DNA from: a virus
Taxonomy: Duplodnaviria; Heunggongvirae; Uroviricota; Caudoviricetes
Reading direction: 5' to 3' (one strand)
IMG/VR virus record: IMGVR_UViG_3300029461_000057
DNA: 5,974 nt
Positions 1 through 5,974 of the stretch are shown here, in pieces (positions within the stretch are counted from its first letter, which is position 1; every line of letters begins with the position of its first letter). A program made the translations under genes and the position numbers. Below the pieces are notes generated by a model, which saw only the letters and a list, made by a program, of their open reading frames with translations, searched no databases and had not been told where the DNA came from.

Positions 1-290
1 CTTTACAGTTAAATCATTTCTTATGCCTTAGTTTCTGATAAAAAAGGTTTTTTTTCACGATTTATAAGTATCAGGTTATGTGAACCGTTCTGAATGTGTA
101 AAAAACGACTGAAAGAAAAGCGGTGGTCCAGACGCCGACAAAAGCACGAACTCGCAAACAAACGCCAAAGTTGGCAATGGCACGCGCTTTTCACGAAAAG
201 AACACCCCGAGATATTGCGTTCGCTGGTGGGAAAACATTCCTGACCCACCTGAAGGCGCAATACATCAGGTTTTAAGCAGAGGAAAGACT

Positions 291-968
291 ATGAATAACA
301 TGACAACGAAAGAGCTTTTGACGGCACTTCCAAAATACAAAAGCCATAAAACAGTTCGCGCCTCAAAAATCAAAGATATCGAAATTATCGCCCTAATGGA
401 TGTGGTCCTTTTTTGCAACATCGAAGTCGTTGAGCCAGAAGGGGTAAAAGTCCATGTTGATAAAATATTTTTGCAAAAACACCGACCAGAAATTGGCGGA
501 TATCTGGTCGCTTATGAGGACGGATCTCTGTCCTATTCACCAGAAAAAACATTTGAAGAAGGCTTTAGTCGGACTAACGACTTCTTCGAAAATGGGGTAT
601 CGCTCAGCATTGAAGGTCACAATGGGGTGACATTCATTACAGCCAGGGACGTAACTATTTCTGCTGGCGGTATCGCTACTCTACAAGAAGAAATCGACCT
701 TGAAGCAGCCGACTTTTCTGACGCGCTGATGTGGCTGAAGGATGGCAAGAAAGTTGCCCGACGCGGGTGGAACGGCGAAAACCAATTCTGCTGGCTGGTT
801 CCTGAAGGACAGTACCCGGCACGAATGGAAGCCATTAAGGGATATTTCCCCGGCGACCTCGTTCCGTATGGTGCTTATTTCGCCTTAAAAAATGCACAAG
901 GTGTAGTTGTTCCGTGGGTTCCTTCTGTAGGCGACTTACTGGCATGTGACTGGTTTGTAGTGGAGTAA
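291..968 (+). CDS. Two-domain hypothetical protein; C-terminal ~80 aa resemble a DUF2829 (Tad2-like) domain, N-terminal ~140 aa unassigned
   Basis: The open frame runs from GTG 123, but ATG 291 is preferred because AGGAAAG (281-287) sits 3-6 nt upstream as a Shine-Dalgarno. Stop TAA at 966-968. C-terminal motifs DALMWLKDGKKVARRGWNG ... PWVPSVGDLLACDWFVV match my recollection of the DUF2829 signature (AL..LK.GKKV.R.GW ... D.LA.DW). Family assignment is from memory, not a search. Confidence 0.75.
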   Translation: MNNMTTKELLTALPKYKSHKTVRASKIKDIEIIALMDVVLFCNIEVVEPEGVKVHVDKIFLQKHRPEIGGYLVAYEDGSLSYSPEKTFEEGFSRTNDFFENGVSLSIEGHNGVTFITARDVTISAGGIATLQEEIDLEAADFSDALMWLKDGKKVARRGWNGENQFCWLVPEGQYPARMEAIKGYFPGDLVPYGAYFALKNAQGVVVPWVPSVGDLLACDWFVVE

Positions 969-974
969 TTTAAC

Positions 975-1757
975 GTGAAAAATACTAAAGCAATTCAATA
1001 CCGCCTGCGTAATGGTCAGAGTGTCGAAGTGACCATCAATAATGATGGTGTGCCTGGCGAAAAGGTTTCGATCTCTGAACTGGCTATCGAAAAAACCATC
1101 ATGTGCCACCTTGGCTTTACTGAAGAAGTGAGCAAAAAGCATGGTGTAGCAATCTGGAGCGCAATGGATACTGGTATGCGCAGATTCATTACTGCTCGTA
1201 CCCCAGGGATGACCATGATGGACCTCATGCAGATTGCGCCGCTGTTTGAATGTGAGCCTTTAGATGTATTCAGCAATCCAGCTATCTGCCAGCAGCTATA
1301 TGGTGAGATGAAACTCGCGGTTACCCCCATTGTGCTGCATGAAGGATCGCTTGCTGGCGTGTGGAAAGTGGAGCGTATTTCAAGCTACATGCCTTTCCAT
1401 GTCAACGGCGTAATCACTGGTGAAAATCAACCTGTTTCCGTTATAAAGTCAGACCTCAAGCGCGCAATTCTTGAAGCAAGTTGTCGAGTTGTCGGCCTGG
1501 GCAAACAGTCTTATGTTTCCTTCCCGGCTGGCCCTGAAGGCCCGGCAGAAATTCTGATTATGGATGCCGATCTGCTCTGGCAAATACAGTTTCTGATTGG
1601 CAAAAGCATCATCCGCGCTGAAGAACTCGATCAGTACATTACCTGCACGATGACGGATGAAGTCAAAAGTGTGGCTATAGCCAATGCCCGGAACCTATGT
1701 CGTGCTGCATTAACAGAACTGCAAGAAAACACCACGGAAGAAGTGGAAAGCGATTAA
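975..1757 (+). CDS. Hypothetical protein (260 aa), no recognisable motif; likely co-transcribed with the upstream gene
   Basis: GTG start at 975 lies 6 nt after the upstream stop, with GGAG (962-965) 9 nt upstream. Uninterrupted 260-codon frame ending TAA 1755-1757, immediately followed by the terminator hairpin. The only antisense ORF (1016..1330) is short and lacks a plausible RBS. Confidence 0.7.
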   Translation: MKNTKAIQYRLRNGQSVEVTINNDGVPGEKVSISELAIEKTIMCHLGFTEEVSKKHGVAIWSAMDTGMRRFITARTPGMTMMDLMQIAPLFECEPLDVFSNPAICQQLYGEMKLAVTPIVLHEGSLAGVWKVERISSYMPFHVNGVITGENQPVSVIKSDLKRAILEASCRVVGLGKQSYVSFPAGPEGPAEILIMDADLLWQIQFLIGKSIIRAEELDQYITCTMTDEVKSVAIANARNLCRAALTELQENTTEEVESD

Positions 1758-1787
1758 AAAAAATCCCGCCGACTGGCGGGATTTCTT
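1756..1787. terminator. Bidirectional rho-independent terminator between convergent operons
   Basis: Perfect 10-bp inverted repeat AAATCCCGCC (1761-1770) / GGCGGGATTT (1775-1784) with 4-nt loop GACT. On the minus-strand transcript the hairpin is followed by an 8-U run (complement of A 1756-1763). On the plus strand it is followed by TTTCTT. It sits exactly between the stop codons at 1755-1757 (+) and 1787-1789 (-). Confidence 0.85.
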
Positions 1788-2098
1788 CAATATACGATCT
1801 GGTCTACATGATCACCAAAATCATCGTCGTCGTCGTCCTCATCGCCACCATCTACTGCTGGCCAATCAACAAACCAGCCAGCGTAAAGATGCAGCGTTCG
1901 GAGAACATCACTTGCGGGAGCATCAAGGGTGTTAACGAATCCCATATAGCTATTGGGATTTGCCCCAGCTATGGCTTCAGCGATCATGTCCTCGGTAATG
2001 TCACCGGAGATAATGCTTAAACGCCCGGAAACTTCTTCATTATCATCAAATTCGATAATGGCATCTCCACCTAATGGCGCTGCGATTTTAATCTGCAT
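1787..2098 (-). CDS. Small highly acidic protein (103 aa) with C-terminal poly-Asp tail; translationally coupled to the upstream large gene
   Basis: ATG at 2096-2098 (minus) is preceded by AAGGAG (complement of 2106-2111) with 7-nt spacing. The start overlaps the last 8 nt of the 995-aa ORF. Stop TGA (1787-1789) abuts the terminator. The protein ends ...DGGDEDDDDDDFGDHVDQIVY. Confidence 0.75.
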   Translation of the reverse strand: MQIKIAAPLGGDAIIEFDDNEEVSGRLSIISGDITEDMIAEAIAGANPNSYMGFVNTLDAPASDVLRTLHLYAGWFVDWPAVDGGDEDDDDDDFGDHVDQIVY

Positions 2099-5075
2099 TA
2101 TTTAGCTCCTTTGCCACACCTAATAACAGTTCCAGCAATCCGTCACCATTCATCAGTGATGCGGCAGCGGCCTCTTTGTCATGATACAACTGAAGAGCCA
2201 TAGAGAATACTTCCGTTGCTGACGTTTTGGAAATAGTCGGTGATTTCTGCCGAATTTTCCCGGTGTTACTTACTGAGGCTGGCGGGTATACCTTCGCCAT
2301 ATAAATATTACTCAATCGAGATCTGAAGCACCATTCAGGCTTGCCACGCCCACCGATATTGACGAAAGATGGCTTATCCCCTTCAACATTGGCCTTCAGG
2401 AATGACCGGGCTTTCTCTAACAAACCAGGGTTACTGTACTCAAGATGATGACCCAGCTCGTGCCACAGTGCACTTGCATTTTCATCGTTCAAATTGACAG
2501 CAACAACACCATTAAGATTTGCATATGCCCTTCCCTGGTGGTGAACTACCTTTGATAAGGTCGATATTTTCCCGCCGGTCAGGCGATAAATATCAGCAAG
2601 TTCCTTGCGCAGGTCTATCCCACCATTCTGTCCAGCGCGGGCTTCTTCCACTTCTTCTGTGATAAAAGAGTCGGCCCACTCAAGAGCTTTTTCTTCAGAT
2701 ACGGATGAGTTTGCGATCGCACTGTTCATGGCAGATAACACTTTCTCGTGGACCGAACCCATACTTCGCTGATTCATTTGCCAGCGTATCTGCGGGTTAT
2801 ATGAGAATCGCTTAAGTAGTTGGTCAAGCTGCTCAAGTTCTTCTTCACTGACATACTTTTTAGCCTCACCAATAATGCCAGGGAGAATATTGCCGTTAGG
2901 ATTAAACGCTCGCGAAAGGAAGAGTTTCAGCGCCCCCATGCCCTCCGATGCTTCAATATCACCAATAACCCGGTTAACAATGGCCGCACTCTTCGGATTA
3001 GCATCCGCCAACGCTCTGGCTACGATTTGCAGGGACGATACGACCTCACGCTGCATATCCGTCCTGATCTCATCAATAAACTCTGGCGTTATGCCGTGCT
3101 CTTTAAGGATATCCCTGCCTTCCGCCGTTACCCCATCGATATCACCGACATGTTTATTAACCCGACTTTGCAATGCCTTAAATGCCTTCAGAATTCCACG
3201 GGCATCATCCGCTTTACTAACGGCCTTCCTGAATGCTGGCAAGAAGTCTGAGTTAACCTCATTTTGTTGATCGGCCCACTGAATGGAGGCTTCTTTCATC
3301 TCGTCCAGAGTCAGATCACCCAACGCGGTATGGTCTGTGAATATGAGCGACAACCTCTGAATCATTTCTGCCAATGGTGATGCCGAATGCGCCGCGCTAA
3401 GGAATGCTTTCACCCTGGTTGGGCGAATGGAAAACCAGTCAATAGCTGGTGGCATATCTCCGTTTTTTATCGCCTGCGCTATCTCATCAAAGCCGTCGCG
3501 CCCAAGGGAGGATGCGTGATTTAACAATCCGCGAAGTAACGAATTGCTGATACCGAATAATCGGCACCATTTATTCACGTCGGCAACAGGCATTCGAACA
3601 AAATGCGCAAGCACTTGTACAAGCTGTTCATCCTGGGGATCTGTACGGGAAAGCAGCCTGATCAGATGAATAATGTCTTTGATGCCGGATGCCCGATGTA
3701 ATAGCAAGCTGGTATATGGAGCAACACCGTTGTAACTACCGCCGGAAACGGACTCGAAAAGACCGCCGGATATCCCTTGCATGCCTTCGTTTTCCAGTTC
3801 CTGAGACACCTGGCGAAGGATATCCTGTAACGACACATCACCACCGCCAAACATATCCCCCAGCGCCTGGCCCTGGTGCTGTAACTCATCATTGATACGT
3901 TGAGCCATCAATTTAAAGGCGGTGGCCATACGCTTCGCGCTACGGTTATTCGCGACGATGAACAACGCGAGTGCTTTCACTTCCGGGGCCGTTTCGCTGA
4001 ACATATCCCCCTGAGCAATAACATCGGTAATATGCTGGCCTGACTCCTTCGATTGCCTTACCAGGTCTACCGCATCTTTCAATGCCGCCAGCGCCTTTTT
4101 ATCGAGGCTATCCGCTGTCTCAATGCCATCAACAATAGTTGTCACAGCCTGCTTGTGCGCTTCTCCTGATAAAGCCTGCATCTGGACAAAATCATTGGCT
4201 GCCGCATTAAGCGCCGTCAGAACATTACGCATATCCGGATCAGGTTCTTCTGCAACCATCCTTACCAGGCGCGCATCCTTATATGCCTTGGCAAAGATCG
4301 CGTTTTGTATACGGTCTACAAGTTGCCGTGTTGGTCGCCCATCTTCAGTTACAAGGCCAGCCGCCTGTGTGGCACCAACTTGCGTCATAAATCCGCGAAT
4401 AAACGCGTCATTACTGCGGCTAAGCAGATCTCCACTTTCTGACGGGTTAAACAACGCCATCATCGCCGGTGTTATGCTGTCGGCATCAACAAAAGCCTTT
4501 TCACTGGCTGCCATTTCCTGGAGATCAGAAATATTTGAGTCCTTGGCAAACTGAACACGGTCAACCTTAGTTAACCGGCGGCGCACCAGTACCGGAGCCG
4601 TCATTGATTCAACCTTTTCAGGAGGTATGCCGAATTCGGTCGCATGTTCAATCAGGTACTCACGATACCGATCCGCATTGCCGTCCTGATAGGCTTTGAT
4701 GATCCCCATGGTCCGTCCATTACCTGACTCAACGGCATTGTCCTCACCAATTATCGGCGCGCCATGGCTGGATAAACCGGAATCAGTAAGCTGAGCAGGC
4801 CGCAAATCTTTGGATATCTGGTTAACCTGAAGAAGGCTGGATGCGCGGGTCCGGTCGCGCGGTTGAAGTTCCTGGGGATAGTCAGGATTAATTTTCCCAT
4901 CCAGAGTATTGGATACCAAAAGAGCTGAGGCATCGACGATATCAAACGCTGTTTTTACCTCGTCTCCCTTCGCTGTCACCACATACGAAACCCGCCCATA
5001 ATCGGGCAGGTTCTTTAGCAGCTCGATCAGCGTTTCTATGCTGGTGGCCATTACCACCTGATCGCTTAAGCTCAT
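2088..5075 (-). CDS. Large multidomain protein (995 aa): N-terminal ParB/sulfiredoxin-like region plus C-terminal HExxH zincin-like metallopeptidase motif; polyvalent-protein-like architecture
   Basis: Single uninterrupted 2988-nt frame with coding-like composition; every overlapping opposite-strand ORF is under 150 aa. Residues ~60-130 read INPDYPQELQPRDRTRASS ... GAPIIGEDNAVESGNGRTMGIIKAY, which parallels the ParB N-domain pattern (P.QPR ... PI.V ... GERR.RA). HELGHH is encoded at 2445-2462 (minus) in the context NASALWHELGHHLEY. The start is ATG 5073-5075, with Met9 at 5049-5051 as an alternative; neither has a strong SD. Confidence 0.9.
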   Translation of the reverse strand: MSLSDQVVMATSIETLIELLKNLPDYGRVSYVVTAKGDEVKTAFDIVDASALLVSNTLDGKINPDYPQELQPRDRTRASSLLQVNQISKDLRPAQLTDSGLSSHGAPIIGEDNAVESGNGRTMGIIKAYQDGNADRYREYLIEHATEFGIPPEKVESMTAPVLVRRRLTKVDRVQFAKDSNISDLQEMAASEKAFVDADSITPAMMALFNPSESGDLLSRSNDAFIRGFMTQVGATQAAGLVTEDGRPTRQLVDRIQNAIFAKAYKDARLVRMVAEEPDPDMRNVLTALNAAANDFVQMQALSGEAHKQAVTTIVDGIETADSLDKKALAALKDAVDLVRQSKESGQHITDVIAQGDMFSETAPEVKALALFIVANNRSAKRMATAFKLMAQRINDELQHQGQALGDMFGGGDVSLQDILRQVSQELENEGMQGISGGLFESVSGGSYNGVAPYTSLLLHRASGIKDIIHLIRLLSRTDPQDEQLVQVLAHFVRMPVADVNKWCRLFGISNSLLRGLLNHASSLGRDGFDEIAQAIKNGDMPPAIDWFSIRPTRVKAFLSAAHSASPLAEMIQRLSLIFTDHTALGDLTLDEMKEASIQWADQQNEVNSDFLPAFRKAVSKADDARGILKAFKALQSRVNKHVGDIDGVTAEGRDILKEHGITPEFIDEIRTDMQREVVSSLQIVARALADANPKSAAIVNRVIGDIEASEGMGALKLFLSRAFNPNGNILPGIIGEAKKYVSEEELEQLDQLLKRFSYNPQIRWQMNQRSMGSVHEKVLSAMNSAIANSSVSEEKALEWADSFITEEVEEARAGQNGGIDLRKELADIYRLTGGKISTLSKVVHHQGRAYANLNGVVAVNLNDENASALWHELGHHLEYSNPGLLEKARSFLKANVEGDKPSFVNIGGRGKPEWCFRSRLSNIYMAKVYPPASVSNTGKIRQKSPTISKTSATEVFSMALQLYHDKEAAAASLMNGDGLLELLLGVAKELNNAD

Positions 5076-5102
5076 CCCTGTTACGCCTTATCCAATGTGC
5101 CG

Positions 5103-5126
5103 CCCCCTACGCTCCTCATAGTGGGG
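5103..5126 (+). other. Candidate imperfect hairpin (7-bp stem with one bulged T, 9-nt loop); possible IS200/IS605 left-end subterminal hairpin
   Basis: CCCCCTA (5103-5109) pairs with TAG(T)GGGG (5119-5126) if T5122 is extrahelical; loop CGCTCCTCA. It lies ~50 nt upstream of the tnpB start, where left-end hairpins of this IS family sit. Weak, judged by eye. Confidence 0.25.
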
Positions 5127-5174
5127 ATATAAGGCACAGTTTTCCTCCCGGCTATTTTTGCTTAAAATAGTGAC

Positions 5175-5974
5175 ATGAAACAACAGGTGTCATTCAAATT
5201 CCGGTTAAAACCAGATGGTCAACAGGAGCGTCAAATGAGGCGCTTTGCCGGAGCTTGTCGTTTCGTTTTCAACCGTGCTCTGGCGCTTCAGAATGAGAAT
5301 CATGAGGCCGGTAAAAAATACATCCCTTACACGAAAATGGCTTCCTGGTTGGTTGAGTGGAAAAAAGACACTGAAACCGAATGGCTTAAAGATTCTCCCT
5401 CACAGCCATTGCAACAGTCACTGAAAGACCTTGAGCGGGCTTACAAAAACTTCTTCCAGAATCGGGCAGCTTTTCCCCGATTCAAAAAGCGGGGACAGAA
5501 TGATGCATTCCGCTACCCGCAGGGTGTTAAGCTCGATCAGGAAAACAGCCGTATTTTTCTGCCGAAACTTGGCTGGATGCGCTACCGGAATAGCCGTCAG
5601 GTCACGGGTATTGTGAAAAATGTTACTGTCAGCCAGTCCTGCGGTAAGTGGTACATCAGTATTCAGACAGAAAGAGAGGTATCCACTCCTGTTCACCCTT
5701 CAGCATCAATGGTCGGACTGGATGCTGGCGTGGCTAAACTCGCCACGCTGTCAGATGGCACAGTCTTTGAACCTGTAAATAGTTTTCAGAAAAACCAGAA
5801 GAAGCTGGCGAGACTTCAGCGACAGTTAAGCCGCAAGGTCAAATTCAGCAACAACTGGCAGAAGCAGAAACGCAAAATACAGCGACTGCATTCCCGTATC
5901 GCAAATATCCGCAGGGACTACCTTCACAAAGTCACAACGACCGTCAGCAAAAACCACGCAATGATTGTCATTGA
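5175..5974 (+). CDS. tnpB: IS200/IS605-family TnpB (RNA-guided endonuclease / OrfB), 5' portion; continues past the window end
   Basis: ATG at 5175-5177 opens a frame that runs to the window edge (266 codons, no stop). Translation MKQQVSFKFRLKPDGQQERQMRRFAGACRFVFNRAL ... MVGLDAGVAKLATLSDG is typical of the TnpB N-terminal region, and GLDAG (5715-5729) is the RuvC-I motif with the catalytic Asp. It is missing from the supplied ORF track only because it has no stop inside the window. Confidence 0.9.
   Translation, partial: MKQQVSFKFRLKPDGQQERQMRRFAGACRFVFNRALALQNENHEAGKKYIPYTKMASWLVEWKKDTETEWLKDSPSQPLQQSLKDLERAYKNFFQNRAAFPRFKKRGQNDAFRYPQGVKLDQENSRIFLPKLGWMRYRNSRQVTGIVKNVTVSQSCGKWYISIQTEREVSTPVHPSASMVGLDAGVAKLATLSDGTVFEPVNSFQKNQKKLARLQRQLSRKVKFSNNWQKQKRKIQRLHSRIANIRRDYLHKVTTTVSKNHAMIVI

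Larger units (their letters stand above)
5085..5974 (+). mobile_element. Partial IS200/IS605-family insertion sequence (tnpB-only or tnpA-less); left boundary approximate, right end outside window
   Basis: tnpB is present with no room for tnpA between it and the divergent large gene. Candidate target-adjacent motifs TTAC (5081-5084) and TTAT (5088-5091) are followed by the candidate hairpin at 5103-5126. The left boundary is inferred, not demonstrated. Confidence 0.5.

Noticed and set aside
38-58. A6-GG-T8 tract as an intrinsic terminator of an upstream gene
   Set aside because: There is no GC-rich stem; only a weak A:T pairing is possible, so it is not a convincing terminator on its own.
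21-276. Short ORFs 21..266 (-), 76..261 (-) and 94..276 (+)
   Set aside because: They overlap each other in the leader region, have no RBS, and give Cys/Arg-rich low-complexity translations typical of random frames.
123-290. N-terminal extension of the first CDS from GTG 123, as given in the ORF track (281 aa)
   Set aside because: No ribosome-binding site precedes GTG 123 or the internal ATG near 176. The extension is unusually basic and low-complexity, whereas ATG 291 has a strong AGGAAAG Shine-Dalgarno. It is more likely untranslated leader.
617-1330. Antisense ORFs 617..835, 936..1142 and 1016..1330 on the minus strand
   Set aside because: They lie wholly inside the longer, better-supported plus-strand CDSs and have no start signals; shadow ORFs.
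1697-2020. Plus-strand ORF 1697..2020 (107 aa)
   Set aside because: It runs straight through the terminator hairpin and lies antisense to the well-supported acidic-protein gene with its strong RBS; its translation is hydrophobic and low-complexity.
2403-2432. Possible Walker A-like P-loop (LTGGKIST) in the large protein
   Set aside because: It does not fit GxxxxGK[ST] (no Gly at the required spacing) and there is no Walker B-like motif downstream, so I do not call an ATPase domain.
2820-4945. ORFs 2820..3251, 2875..3270, 3662..3892, 3689..3895, 4123..4554 and 4751..4945 inside or antisense to the large gene
   Set aside because: All lie within the 2988-nt minus-strand ORF, are far shorter, and have Ser/Arg/Cys-rich translations typical of off-frame reads of a real gene.
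5418-5696. ORFs 5418..5696 (-) and 5431..5616 (+) in the IS region
   Set aside because: They overlap the tnpB frame, whose translation carries clear family motifs; shadow ORFs.
1-5974. CRISPR array, tRNA or rRNA genes
   Set aside because: No regularly spaced direct repeats, no tRNA-like sequence and no rRNA-like stretch are visible; nearly the whole window is protein-coding.

Overview
This window looks like accessory DNA from a mobile element (phage, plasmid or island) in an enterobacterial-style genome, carrying two convergent operons and one end of an insertion sequence. All calls rest on reading motifs by eye; no database search or computation was run. (1) On the plus strand, a ~225-aa protein (291..968) whose C-terminal ~80 aa resemble a DUF2829/Tad2-like domain is followed, 6 nt later, by a 260-aa protein of unknown function (975..1757). 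(2) A perfect GC-rich hairpin at 1761..1784 is a bidirectional intrinsic terminator between the two operons. (3) On the minus strand, a 995-aa protein (2088..5075) combines an N-terminal ParB/sulfiredoxin-like region (QPR ... SGNGR) with a C-terminal HExxH zincin-like motif (HELGHH). Its last codons overlap the start of a 103-aa highly acidic protein (1787..2098) with a poly-Asp tail. (4) Divergent from the large gene, from 5175 to the window edge, is the 5' part of an IS200/IS605-family tnpB (RuvC-I motif GLDAG), with a candidate IS left end only ~10-25 bp from the large gene's start codon. No rRNA, tRNA or CRISPR array is visible. The most interesting candidate for an undescribed system is the large ParB-like/metallopeptidase protein with its coupled acidic partner, alongside the possible Tad2-like fusion protein.
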